Assembly: GCA_965250285.1 (NCBI GenBank)
Contig: OZ252299.1
Coordinates: 6,048,001-6,112,000, forward strand
Origin: Myxococcota bacterium
GTDB lineage: Bacteria > Myxococcota_A > UBA9160 > UBA4427
Direction: 5' to 3'
DNA length: 64,000 bases
The position numbers and the translations under genes were made by a program. The first letter of the stretch is position 1. Each line of letters starts with the position of its first letter. The notes under the pieces are model-generated. The model was not told where the DNA came from. It made no database searches and saw only the letters and a list, made by a program, of their open reading frames with translations. This document shows positions 14,556 through 23,938 of this stretch, piece by piece.

Positions 14556-15677
14556 TTGAGCCGCATCTCGATCACTGGAACCGGTCTCTTCACGCCCGCC
14601 GAGGGCATCACGAATGCCGAGCTCGTGGCGTCGCTCAGCGAGGCGGTCGAGCGCTGGAACGCCGATCACCGCGAGGCCATCGATCGGGGCGAGCTCGAAG
14701 AGCGCGATCTGCCGAGCGAGAAGTTCATCGTCAAGGCATCGGGCATCGGGCATCGCTTCGTGATGGACAAGGCCGGTGTGCTCGACCCTAAGCGGCTGCG
14801 CCCGCGATTGCCTCTGCGCGGCGAGGACGAGCTCTCGATCCAGGCCGAGATCTGTGTGGCCGCGGCGAACGAGGCGCTCGCCCAGGCCGGGCGCGAAGGC
14901 GCCGATGTCGACGCGGTGATCGTGGGTTGCTCGAACCTGCAGCGCGCCTATCCGGCCGTCGCGATCGAGGTGCAGGCGGCGCTCGGTGCCGGCGGTTTCG
15001 CCTACGACATGAACGTCGCCTGCAGCTCGGCGACGTTCGCGATCCAGAACGGGGTCGACGCGATCCGCAGCGGCAGCGCTCGGCGTGTGCTCGTGCTGTG
15101 CCCCGAGATCACGTCGGGCCACAACAACTTCGAGCTGCGCGAGTTCCACTTCATCTTCGGCGACGCGTGTACGGCCGTGCTGCTCGAGTCGGAAGAGGCA
15201 GCGGGCGAGGGTGAGGCTTGGGAGGTGCTCGGCACGCGCCTCGCGACGAAGTTCTCGAACAACATTCGCAACGACGCGGGCTTCCTGAACCGCAGCGAGG
15301 ACGGGGCGCGCGATCCCCACGAGCTGGTCTTTCGACAGAACGGCCGCCGGGTCTTCAAGGACGTCTGCCCGATGGTCGCGGCCCACATTCGAAGTCACCT
15401 CGACGCGCTCGAGATCCCCGTCGACGACGTCAAGCGGCTCTGGCTGCATCAGGCCAATCTGGGCATGAACAAGCTGATCGCCAAGACGCTACTCGGTCGC
15501 GAGCCCGACCCCGAAGAGAGCCCCGTGATCCTCGACGAGTACGCGAACACCAGCTCGGCCGGGTCGGTGATCGCCTTTCACAAGCACCGGGATGGGCTCG
15601 TGGCAGGCGACCCCGCCGTGCTCTGCTCGTTCGGTGCCGGCTACTCGGTCGGCAGCATCGTCCTGCGCAAGCAGTAG
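14556..15677 (+). CDS. Beta-ketoacyl-ACP synthase III-like protein (long Pseudomonas PA3286-type FabH paralog)
   Basis: DMNVACSSATF (Cys), HFIFGD, WLHQAN (His), YANTSSAGS (Asn), SFGAGYS; TTG start with GAGGAG SD. Confidence 0.88.
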   Translation: MSRISITGTGLFTPAEGITNAELVASLSEAVERWNADHREAIDRGELEERDLPSEKFIVKASGIGHRFVMDKAGVLDPKRLRPRLPLRGEDELSIQAEICVAAANEALAQAGREGADVDAVIVGCSNLQRAYPAVAIEVQAALGAGGFAYDMNVACSSATFAIQNGVDAIRSGSARRVLVLCPEITSGHNNFELREFHFIFGDACTAVLLESEEAAGEGEAWEVLGTRLATKFSNNIRNDAGFLNRSEDGARDPHELVFRQNGRRVFKDVCPMVAAHIRSHLDALEIPVDDVKRLWLHQANLGMNKLIAKTLLGREPDPEESPVILDEYANTSSAGSVIAFHKHRDGLVAGDPAVLCSFGAGYSVGSIVLRKQ

Positions 15678-15681
15678 CGGC

Positions 15682-16638
15682 TCAGTCGCTCGGTCGGGTG
15701 TAGACGCTCGACTCGGGGTGGAACGCCATCCACGCGAACCAGTACGTCTCGACGACGTCGATGGTCTCGGGCGCCTCGACGACGAAGGCGTTGCGCTCCT
15801 TCGAGAACGCGACGCGAACTTCGTGGCCCGCGAACGTGTCGACGATGGCCGAGTCGTCGTCTTCGAACAGGCGCACCGGGTAGGCCCGAGCCACGTCGCC
15901 GTCGGTCGTGCGGAGGCCGATCGTGCGGGCCTTCGGGTGCTCGCGGGCGTCGGTGGGCCCGTCGAACATCAGCTTGCGTGACCGCGCGTAGTTGCCGAAC
16001 GGGTTCCGCACGTAGTTGCGCCGATGGCCCGTACGCGGTGAGAGCACCAGCGTGTCCGGGTAGCGCGCACGCCAGGCGTCCCAGCGCTCGAAGCTCGAGC
16101 GCATCAGCTCGAGCCGCTCACCCGCGCGCGGACCGCTGATCGCGCGGCCCTCGATCTGCGTCCAGAGGCTGTCCGTTTCGCGATCGAACATGAGCAGGTC
16201 GGACCGGTACAGCAGGCCCGAGACCCCGAAGCGGGTGTCGCCCGGGCGCGCGAAGACCATCGCGCTGCCGCAGAGCGGGCAGTACGAAACGAGGATCGGT
16301 TGCCCACCGATCGTGTCGTTCACGAGCTCGTGCCACACGAGCACATCGAGGGGATACGCGCGGGCCTCGGTGCGCCCGTCGGCCCGCTTGCCGACGACGC
16401 CGATCACCATGCTCGACGCGGGCCAGGCCGCGCGATCGGCAGGCCCCATCTCGGGGGCATCGAGCGCAGGGATCCCGTCTCGCGGTGGCCCCCCGCGCTT
16501 CACCTCAGCTACGTCGATGAGCGCCCCACTCAGATCGAACCCGTTGAGCTCTTGCGCCCCGGCCCCGAGCGACACGAACAACAAGGCCAGAGCCACGGCG
16601 TCACGACCTCGGCGCCACAGACCGAACCCACCCGCCAA
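15682..16638 (-). CDS. DUF3179 domain secreted protein
   Basis: GGPPRDGIPALD, ARAYP, WHELVND, SYCPLCGS, FGVSGLLYRSDLLMFDRETDSLW, YWFAW; start placed at TTG 16638 (SD-like GAGAGG, signal peptide) but uncertain. Confidence 0.8.
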   Translation of the reverse strand: MAGGFGLWRRGRDAVALALLFVSLGAGAQELNGFDLSGALIDVAEVKRGGPPRDGIPALDAPEMGPADRAAWPASSMVIGVVGKRADGRTEARAYPLDVLVWHELVNDTIGGQPILVSYCPLCGSAMVFARPGDTRFGVSGLLYRSDLLMFDRETDSLWTQIEGRAISGPRAGERLELMRSSFERWDAWRARYPDTLVLSPRTGHRRNYVRNPFGNYARSRKLMFDGPTDAREHPKARTIGLRTTDGDVARAYPVRLFEDDDSAIVDTFAGHEVRVAFSKERNAFVVEAPETIDVVETYWFAWMAFHPESSVYTRPSD

Positions 16639-16741
16639 GCCCCGCCCCTCTCTCTTCTTCAGATCCGCTCTGCGACACGGCGCCGCATCGCCCGAGCACG
16701 CGCACGAGCGCGCTCGCCGCGCGCGGACGCGACACACCGCT

Positions 16742-16872
16742 TCGGATTCTTCGTCGGATCGGCCGAATCGAAGGGCGGCGCGGATCCGCTCCCGCCCCCG
16801 AACCGAGCCAAGACGCAACGCCCACGCAAAACCGCCGCCCGTAGACTGAGGCCGAGCCGACGAAGAATCCGA
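16742..16872. repeat. 23-bp inverted repeat bounding a 131-bp intergenic element
   Basis: TCGGATTCTTCGTCGGATCGGCC (16742-16764) vs GGCCGAGCCGACGAAGAATCCGA (16850-16872), 22/23 complementary. Confidence 0.75.
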
Positions 16873-16902
16873 CCCGTGCACCCAACCCCGAACGGCCCCG
16901 CG

Positions 16903-17931
16903 TCAGCGCACCTCCCAGGTATCCCCTGAGTGGAGCAGCGCGGCCAGATCCCCCGGCCCCTGCTGCTCGATCGCGTCGTCGACCTGCTGCTGGAGCGTCG
17001 TCTCGTAGCAGGTCTCTTCGACGTCGCGGATGATGCCGACCGGCAGCGGGAAGTCGGGGGCGGTGAGCGAGGCGAGCGCGTACGCGTAGGCGCGTGACTG
17101 CTGGGTCTCGTCGTGGACGACGACGCCCTGCTCGACGGGGTCGACGCCGTCTTCGATCGTGACGATCGACGGAACGCCCTGGTCGACGCAGATCCCTCGC
17201 TGGGCACCGGGCGGGCCGAAGACCAGCGGCATCCCCTGCTCGAGCACGATCGCCGAGTCGGGGCGCGTCTTTCGATCTTCGAGCTTCGACCAGACCCCGT
17301 CGTTGAAGACCGGGCAGTTCTGCAGGATCTCGATGAAGGCGGTGCCCTTGTGCTCGTGCGCGCGGCGCAGCACCGATTGCATGTGGGGCGCGTCGACGTC
17401 GATCACGCGGGCGACGAACGTCGCACCGCAGGCCAGGGCGAACGAGACCGGATCGACCGGATGATCGATCGAGCCCTGGGGCGATGACTTCGTCTTGAGC
17501 CCTTCGTGCGAAGTCGGCGAGTACTGGCCCTTGGTCAGGCCGTAGATCTGGTTGTTGAAGAGCAGGATCTGCACGTCGAGGTTGCGGCGGATCGAATGCA
17601 TGAGGTGATTGCCGCCGATCGACAGACCGTCGCCATCGCCGGTGACGACCCACACCGAGAGATTCGGCTGGCTTGCCTTGATGCCCGTGGCGAAGGCCGG
17701 GGCGCGGCCGTGGATCGTATGGAAGCCGTAGGTGTTCATGTAGTACGGGAACCGCGACGAGCAGCCGATCCCCGAAACGAACACCACGTCCTCGCGCGGC
17801 ACACCCAGGTCGGGCATCACGCGCTGTACGTTGGCCAGGATCGAGTAGTCGCCACAGCCGGGGCACCAGCGGACGTCCTGATCCGACACGAAATCCTTGC
17901 GGTTGAGCTTGACCGGAGCGGCTGCCGCCAT
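16903..17931 (-). CDS. korB: 2-oxoacid:ferredoxin oxidoreductase beta subunit
   Basis: RWCPGCGDY, SGIGCSSR, HTIHGRA, GDGDGLSIGGNH, NNQIYGLTKGQYSPT; start ATG 17931. Confidence 0.93.
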   Translation of the reverse strand: MAAAAPVKLNRKDFVSDQDVRWCPGCGDYSILANVQRVMPDLGVPREDVVFVSGIGCSSRFPYYMNTYGFHTIHGRAPAFATGIKASQPNLSVWVVTGDGDGLSIGGNHLMHSIRRNLDVQILLFNNQIYGLTKGQYSPTSHEGLKTKSSPQGSIDHPVDPVSFALACGATFVARVIDVDAPHMQSVLRRAHEHKGTAFIEILQNCPVFNDGVWSKLEDRKTRPDSAIVLEQGMPLVFGPPGAQRGICVDQGVPSIVTIEDGVDPVEQGVVVHDETQQSRAYAYALASLTAPDFPLPVGIIRDVEETCYETTLQQQVDDAIEQQGPGDLAALLHSGDTWEVR

Positions 17932-17933
17932 CG

Positions 17934-19823
17934 CTACACGTCCTCTTTCGCCACCGCCTGCAGGCGGTCGACGATCTCGCTGACCTTGAAGGGCTGGCCG
18001 GCGATCTTCGAAAATGATTGAACGGGCGCGAGATACTCGGCGCGCAGAATGCGCGCGAGCTGGCCGTCGTTGAGCTCGGGCGCGAGGATGCGTTCGAAGC
18101 GGCCGAGCACGTCGCCGAGGTTGCGCGGCAGCGGGTTCAGGTGTCGCAGGTGAATCTGCGACACGGCCAGCCCGTCGCGTCGGCACTGCTCGACCGCGGC
18201 GGTGATCGCACCGCGCGTGCCGCCCCAGCCCACGACCAGCAGGGGCCCGTGGTCGGGCCCGTCGATCTCGACCGGCGGCAGCTCGTCGGCGACGCCGGCC
18301 ACCTTGTCCCCGCGCAGCTTCATCATGAGGGCGTGGTTGTCGGCGCCGTACACCACGTTGCCCGTGATGTTCTCCTTGGTCAGGCCACCGATGCGGTGCT
18401 CGAGGCCGGGCGTGCCGGGGATCGCCCAGGGGCGGGCGCCCGTGACGGGGTCGCGCTCGTAGGGATGGAAGGGCTCACCCTCGCGCGCCTGGGCGTACTG
18501 AATCTCGGTGCGCTCCAGGCTCGCCACGTCGGGGATGCGCCACGGCTCGGCGCTGTTTGCGATGTAGCCGTCGCTCAGCACGCAGACCGGGGTCATGTAC
18601 TTCACGGCGATCCGGAACGCCTCGAGCATGACCTCGAAGCAGTCGCCCGGGCTCGACGTCGCGAGCACGGGCATCGGCGAGATCGAGTGCCGGCCGTAGA
18701 TCGCGGCCATCAGGTCGCCCTGCTCGACCTTGGTCGGAGAGCCTGTCGAGGGGCCCGCGCGCTGGATGTCGACCACGACCATCGGCAGCTCGGTCATCAC
18801 GGCGAGCGCCAGCGCCTCCTGCTTCAGGATGAAGCCGGGGCCGCTCGAGACGGTGATCCCGAGGTGCCCGGCGAACGCCGCGCCGATGGCCGAGCTCACC
18901 GCGGCCATCTCGTCTTCGGCCTGGAAGGTCTTGACGTTGAAGTTGCGGTGGCGTGCGACCTCGTGGAGCACGTCGCTGGCCGGTGTGATCGGATACGCGC
19001 CGAGGAGCAGAGGTCGATTCATCTGCACCGAGGCGGCGACGATGCCCCAGGCCAGGGCGGTGTTGCCGGTGATGTTGCGATAGGTGCCCGGCTCGATCTT
19101 CGCCGGCGAGATCGCGAACGACACCGGGAACAGCTCGGTGGTCTCGCCGAAGTTGTGACCGGCCTTGAGTGCGCGCAGATTCGCTTCGAGGACGGCGCCC
19201 TTGAACTTGCTGCCGAGGAAGCGCTCGGTGGCCTCCATCGATCGCCCGTAGAGCCAGCACATCACGCCGAGTGCAAAGAAGTTCTTGCATCGATCGATGT
19301 CGCGCTGACCGAGGTCGAGGCCCTTGAGTGCCTCGCGGTTGAGGCTCGTGAAGGGGATCTCGACGACGCGGTAGCGATCGCGCATGTCACCGAGGGGATC
19401 CGTCTCGGTGTAGCCCGCGCGCGCGATGGCCTTGGCAGTGAACGCATCGGAGTTGACAATCACCATGCCGCTCGGTCGCACGTCGTCGACGTTCGCGCGC
19501 AGCGCAGCCGGGTTGAACGCGACGAGCACGTCCGGGCGATCCGCCGGCGTGTAGATCTCTTCGGAGGAGAAGTGGATCTGGAAGCCCGAGACGCCGGCCA
19601 TCGTGCCGGCGGGCGCCCGAATTTCGGCGGGAAAGTCAGGGAACGTCGACAGATCGTTGCCGTGCAGCGCGGTCTCATCGGTGAACTTCATTCCGGTGAG
19701 CTGCATGCCGTCGCCGGAATCACCGGCGAAGCGGATCGCGACGCGATCGAGGTCCTGCACGTTCTTGTCGGGAACGGCAGAAGAGTCGACGGGGGCCGAG
19801 GGCTCGGCCTCACTGGATGACAT
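17934..19823 (-). CDS. korA: 2-oxoacid:acceptor oxidoreductase alpha subunit (gamma-alpha fusion)
   Basis: FAGDSGDGMQLTG, FPAEIRAPAGT, YPITPAS, QAEDE, SSGPG, QRAGPSTG; ATG 19823 with GGAGAG SD. Confidence 0.93.
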   Translation of the reverse strand: MSSSEAEPSAPVDSSAVPDKNVQDLDRVAIRFAGDSGDGMQLTGMKFTDETALHGNDLSTFPDFPAEIRAPAGTMAGVSGFQIHFSSEEIYTPADRPDVLVAFNPAALRANVDDVRPSGMVIVNSDAFTAKAIARAGYTETDPLGDMRDRYRVVEIPFTSLNREALKGLDLGQRDIDRCKNFFALGVMCWLYGRSMEATERFLGSKFKGAVLEANLRALKAGHNFGETTELFPVSFAISPAKIEPGTYRNITGNTALAWGIVAASVQMNRPLLLGAYPITPASDVLHEVARHRNFNVKTFQAEDEMAAVSSAIGAAFAGHLGITVSSGPGFILKQEALALAVMTELPMVVVDIQRAGPSTGSPTKVEQGDLMAAIYGRHSISPMPVLATSSPGDCFEVMLEAFRIAVKYMTPVCVLSDGYIANSAEPWRIPDVASLERTEIQYAQAREGEPFHPYERDPVTGARPWAIPGTPGLEHRIGGLTKENITGNVVYGADNHALMMKLRGDKVAGVADELPPVEIDGPDHGPLLVVGWGGTRGAITAAVEQCRRDGLAVSQIHLRHLNPLPRNLGDVLGRFERILAPELNDGQLARILRAEYLAPVQSFSKIAGQPFKVSEIVDRLQAVAKEDV

Positions 19824-19982
19824 CGACGCTCTCTCCTGGGCGGGGGCTGGCGTACAAAGCGGATCGTATCCCGCCCCAAAGTGGCGCGAAAGCCCCGCAG
19901 GCGGGCCCTCTCGCCCCAGGCCCGCGGTGCTTTCCACGAGTGACGACGAGGGCTTGCGCGCCGGCCTGCGACCGGATGAGGC

Positions 19983-20010
19983 TCAAGCGCACGGCCGACC
20001 CGTCCGATGT
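19983..20010 (+). promoter_or_regulatory. sigma28/FliA-like promoter of the tgl operon (probably leaderless)
   Basis: TCAAG (19983), 16 nt, CCGATGT (20004-20010); ATG 20018 lies at the expected +1 with no SD. Confidence 0.55.
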
Positions 20011-20017
20011 CATGGCC

Positions 20018-21205
20018 ATGTTCTCTGCGACGAAGCAGCCGCCTGCGCTCTCCGAGGCCAGTCTCGTGAGTCTGTGCGCCTCTCTGAACGCGCCCATCGT
20101 CCATGTGGACGAGCTGCCGGCCGGCCCGGCGCGGTGCGCCGTCGTGGTGTTTGCAGAGCCGTACGGCGACCTCGGCGTCACCGTGGCCGTCCGCTCGCTC
20201 GAGGGCGGCGAGGTGCTGGTGCTGCGCTCACGAGAGCCGTTGCCCCCGGATGCAGCGCCGGCGGCCGCGCTCGAGATGGCGATCCACCACGCCGAAGGCC
20301 TCGGGTTCGTATTCGACGACGACATGCTCGCGGGCGGCCAGGTGGGGCAGGCCGAGCGGCTGAGCGCCTTCCAGCACTGGCTCAAGGTCGTGGGCAGCGA
20401 CGAGGTCTACGCGACTCCCGACGTCGCGTCGCCGCCATCCCCCGCGGGGTCCATGAATTCGCCGGAACCGGAACGAATGCCGGAGATGGAAGATCTATTG
20501 TCTGCATCCGCGTCACAACGCGGATCGGACGGTGAAGAGCCGGTCGAGATCGAGCTCGACGAGCTGAGCATCGGCGACCTCGGTCCCGATGACCTCGAGG
20601 CGGTCGAGCTCGACGCCGATGGGGGGGAGCTCCTGCTCGAAGAGATCGCCCCGCTCGACTCGCAAGCGACGATCGAGGTGTCGGCGCTCGACGATCTCGA
20701 CGACGCGGACGATCTCGAGGCGGGGCTGTCCGTGGATCTCGAAGCGGTTGCCCCGGCGGAGGCGCCCGAGAAGCCCGCCGCCGCGGCCATGGCCGAGGCG
20801 ACGGAACCCACCCAGCTGGATCCGGCCCAGAGCGAGCACGGCGGAAAGCAGGCGGGGCGGGCCTTCGCGGCCTCTCCGCTCAGCAAGTTCAGGCGCCCGG
20901 CCGAAGGAGCAGCCAGCGCGGAGCAGGACGAGGCCTCGGGCGAAGCCGCGGCCAGCGTCAAGCAGCGCGAGGCGCGGGCCGAAGCCCCGCCCCGCGTGAA
21001 ACAGAGAGAGGCGCGGGCGCAAGCAGCGGCCAGCGCGAAGCAGGACGAGGCCCTGGCCGCCACGGGCGTGACGCCCGCGGCAGCCGAAGACGTCGATGGG
21101 GCGACCGGGGCAGGCTCGGCGCTCGGCCGAGTCAAGATCGTCCGAATGAAGAAGTCCAGGGACGGCCGCGCCTCGGCGCGGGGCCGCATTCTGGCGAGCT
21201 ACTAG
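20018..21205 (+). CDS. Conserved hypothetical protein resembling the ORF upstream of tgl in myxobacteria; long acidic disordered middle
   Basis: N-terminal SLNAPIV...AGPARC...AEGLGFVFD domain and C-terminal RILASY resemble, from recall, the tgl-adjacent protein; directly precedes the TPR lipoprotein. Confidence 0.6.
   Translation: MFSATKQPPALSEASLVSLCASLNAPIVHVDELPAGPARCAVVVFAEPYGDLGVTVAVRSLEGGEVLVLRSREPLPPDAAPAAALEMAIHHAEGLGFVFDDDMLAGGQVGQAERLSAFQHWLKVVGSDEVYATPDVASPPSPAGSMNSPEPERMPEMEDLLSASASQRGSDGEEPVEIELDELSIGDLGPDDLEAVELDADGGELLLEEIAPLDSQATIEVSALDDLDDADDLEAGLSVDLEAVAPAEAPEKPAAAAMAEATEPTQLDPAQSEHGGKQAGRAFAASPLSKFRRPAEGAASAEQDEASGEAAASVKQREARAEAPPRVKQREARAQAAASAKQDEALAATGVTPAAAEDVDGATGAGSALGRVKIVRMKKSRDGRASARGRILASY
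20909..21064 (+). repeat. Degenerate in-frame 39-bp tandem repeat x4
   Basis: AASAEQDEASGEA|AASVKQREARAEA|PPRVKQREARAQA|AASAKQDEALAAT. Confidence 0.65.
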
Positions 21206-21252
21206 GCCGGTCCCTCCACCTTCGGGTGAGAGGCCGGATCGGGGGAAACGAG

Positions 21253-22095
21253 ATGTCGACCAAGCTGACGAGCACCACCGCGCATCGCCGGAGCGCACGC
21301 CGGTGGGCCGGCGTCGCGCTGTGCCTCGTCGCCAGCCTGGGCGTGGGCTGTGCGACGACGACCACGACGCTGTCGGACGAGGAGCTCAGCGAGATCGGCC
21401 AGGCGATCGCCGTGCGCGACGTCGGCATCGACCACCTGGCAGGGGGCCGCACCGCGATGGCGATTCGCAAGCTCCAGCAGGCGCTCGCGATGAACCCCGA
21501 CGACCCCGAGACCGTGCTGTGGCTCGGCGAGGCGTATCGCCGCAAGGGGCTGCTCGCGCGGGCCGAGGAGCAGCTGATCGAGGCCATCGATCTGTCTTCG
21601 AGCGATCCGACCGGGCGAACCCATCAGGAGACGATCCTCAACCTCTCGGCGCTCTACATCCAGATGAAGCGCTACGACGACGCCATCGTGCAGAGCGAGA
21701 TCCTGATTCAGGACCCGACCTTCAGCTCGCCCTGGCGCGCGCTCACGAACCGCGGCTGGGCCCAGTTCCAGCTGGGTGACTACGACGACGCGCAGCTGAG
21801 CTACGACGACGCGCTCGACTTCTTCCCCATGTACTGGCCGGCGCGCCTCAACCTCGGGATCCTCGAGCAGAAGCGACGCAACTACGTCGAGGCCGTGCGG
21901 CAGTACGAGATGGCGCTCGAGACGAACCGGCTCGCCGCCGACGCCATCGCCGAGGTGAACTACCGCCTCGCCGAGGTCTACGTCGCGCTCGGAAGACGAA
22001 ACCGCGCCATCGAGCACTTCAGCGTCGCCGTCGAGCAGTCGCCCTATGGCGAGTGGGGCACGCAGTCGAAGTCGTATCTCGAGCTGCTCCGCTAG
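21253..22095 (+). CDS. tgl: TPR lipoprotein, type IV pilus secretin pilotin (Tgl/PilF/PilW-like)
   Basis: Signal peptide with LGVGC lipobox, multiple TPRs, DPTFSSPWRALTNRG; precedes rodZ-like gene and recO. Confidence 0.75.
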   Translation: MSTKLTSTTAHRRSARRWAGVALCLVASLGVGCATTTTTLSDEELSEIGQAIAVRDVGIDHLAGGRTAMAIRKLQQALAMNPDDPETVLWLGEAYRRKGLLARAEEQLIEAIDLSSSDPTGRTHQETILNLSALYIQMKRYDDAIVQSEILIQDPTFSSPWRALTNRGWAQFQLGDYDDAQLSYDDALDFFPMYWPARLNLGILEQKRRNYVEAVRQYEMALETNRLAADAIAEVNYRLAEVYVALGRRNRAIEHFSVAVEQSPYGEWGTQSKSYLELLR

Positions 22096-22192
22096 CGAGC
22101 GACCGCGCCGAGCGCACGCGAATCGGTCGACACCGCAAGGGCCGCGCGTCGCCTCCTGCTAACCTGCCGTGCAGGGGAGGGAGGTGCGGCAC

Positions 22193-22906
22193 ATGACGAA
22201 GCGGTCCCAGGCCGACGCCGCCGCCTCTTCGCGCGCCGAGTCCGGTGTGCCCGAGGATGCCGACGCCGGCGCGCTCGAGGCCGAGTCGATCGGCCACTAC
22301 CTCAGCCAGCAGCGCCGCCTGCGCGGCATCTCCGTGGCCCAGCTCGCCGAGCTCACACGGATCCCGGTGCGCTCGATCGAGCGTCTCGAAGCCGGGCACT
22401 TCGATCACGATTCCGATGGGTTCGTGCGCGGCTTCGTCCGCACCGTATCCGAGGCGTTGGGCCTCGATCCCGAGGATGCGCTCGCGCGCATGCTCGCGGA
22501 GCCCCACGGCGAGCCCGACTCGGGGCGGCCCATCTCGCTGCTCGCGGCGCGCAGCCTCGTCGGCCTCGTCGCCGTCGTGGCGCTCGTGCTCGCCATCGGT
22601 CTGGTCCGCAGCGTGCTCGACAGCGACGGCCTGAGTGCGCCTGCGCTCGCCGAGCCCGACACGGTGTGGCGCCACGATCCCGTGCGCGCGCTCGCCGAGG
22701 CCAACGCGGCGCGGTACGGCGGAGCGCCTCCGCCCCCGCCCTCGCGCACGCCCTCGTCGCCGCGTCGTGTCGAGCCTGCGGACGCGCTGACGGCCCCCGC
22801 GCCTGCTGCGGCGCCCACTTCGACGACGCAGCCGGCGCCTACGCCCCCGCCCACGCCCACGCCCACCACCACGTCCACGCCCGCCGAGGTCGGGGCGAGC
22901 GAATGA
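22193..22906 (+). CDS. RodZ-like HTH membrane protein
   Basis: IGHYLSQQRRLRGIS...TRIP...LEAG...FVRGFVR HTH, one TM, Pro/Thr-rich tail; no obvious C-terminal DUF4115 domain. Confidence 0.8.
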   Translation: MTKRSQADAAASSRAESGVPEDADAGALEAESIGHYLSQQRRLRGISVAQLAELTRIPVRSIERLEAGHFDHDSDGFVRGFVRTVSEALGLDPEDALARMLAEPHGEPDSGRPISLLAARSLVGLVAVVALVLAIGLVRSVLDSDGLSAPALAEPDTVWRHDPVRALAEANAARYGGAPPPPPSRTPSSPRRVEPADALTAPAPAAAPTSTTQPAPTPPPTPTPTTTSTPAEVGASE

Positions 22907-23691
22907 CCCGCATCGAAGGCGAGGCCCTGGTGCTGCGCGTGGTCGAGCACGGCGAATCCGATCTCATCGTGCGTCTCTTGCACCCGCGCGCCGGTCGGAT
23001 GACCGCGATCGCGAAGGGGGCCCGTCGCAGCCGGCGTCGCTTTCCCGGCACGCTCGACGTCTTCAACCTGCTGCACGTGGTCGTGCGTCGCCGGCGGCGC
23101 ACGGGGATGGGGTTTCTCGAGCAGGCCCGCTTGTGCTCACCGCACCTCGGCCTGCGCCGCGATGCGCGGCGCTACGCGCTCGCCAGCTATCTGCTCGAGC
23201 TGCTCGATCGGATGGCGCCCGAAGATGCCCACGGTGACGACGCCGCCCGCATCTTCGCGTTCGCGCGAGGGGCGATGGGGGTGCTCGCCGGGGACGACGG
23301 CTCGGCCGAGATCGACCTGCGGATGTGGCTGCTGCTCGAGCTGCGCGCGCTCGACGCGCTCGGTCTGCGCCCCGAGCTCGGGCGCTGCGTGCGGTGCGGC
23401 AAGCTGCCGCCCACCTCGGGCTCCGTGCGCCTCGACTTTCATATCGCCGACGGCGGCCTCGTCTGCAGTCGTTGTCGCACCGACCGCGAGGGGCCGACGG
23501 TCCCGGTCCATCTGGGCACGCTCAAGGCGCTCCAGCAAGGCCTCGATTGCGAGCTCGGTCGGCTCGGCCGGTTGGCGCTCGGCGGGCAGGCGCTCGCCGA
23601 GGCTCAGCAGCTGCTGTTCCGCTTTCAGCGCTTTCACGTCGGCATGGAGCTGCGCAGCGAGCGTTTTCTGGCGGACGCGGTCGGGGCCTGA
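22903..23691 (+). CDS. recO: DNA repair protein RecO
   Basis: ALVLR...GESDLIV, AIAKGARRSRRRF, PELGRCVRCG...GGLVCSRC Zn finger; ATGA overlap with upstream gene. Confidence 0.92.
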   Translation: MTRIEGEALVLRVVEHGESDLIVRLLHPRAGRMTAIAKGARRSRRRFPGTLDVFNLLHVVVRRRRRTGMGFLEQARLCSPHLGLRRDARRYALASYLLELLDRMAPEDAHGDDAARIFAFARGAMGVLAGDDGSAEIDLRMWLLLELRALDALGLRPELGRCVRCGKLPPTSGSVRLDFHIADGGLVCSRCRTDREGPTVPVHLGTLKALQQGLDCELGRLGRLALGGQALAEAQQLLFRFQRFHVGMELRSERFLADAVGA

Positions 23692-23809
23692 GCCGCGCCC
23701 GCGCACCGAGCCCCGATCGGCTCGGCGCGGCGCAGTGGGCTCTTTCGGCGCCGTCGCGACGGGTGCGCGAGCCCCGTTTGGATCCGGCCTGGCAACCCCC
23801 CGGGCGTGC

Positions 23810-23838
23810 TTGAAACCCGGTCCGCGGCAGGGGATACT
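23810..23838 (+). promoter_or_regulatory. Putative sigma70 promoter of glyQS-ppdK
   Basis: TTGAAA, 17 nt, GATACT. Confidence 0.5.
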
Positions 23839-23938
23839 CGGCCGCCTCCCGGCTCGAGGCCTGCGGCCAGCCGGAGCATCTTGACGCAGTCCAATGCCAG
23901 GCCCCGCTCCACGGTGTGCCGGCGAGGCGACTCCTCCC

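Noticed and set aside
15682..16638. Selenocysteine in the DUF3179 protein
   Set aside because: No in-frame TGA before the conserved C-terminus; the CPLC motif uses Cys codons
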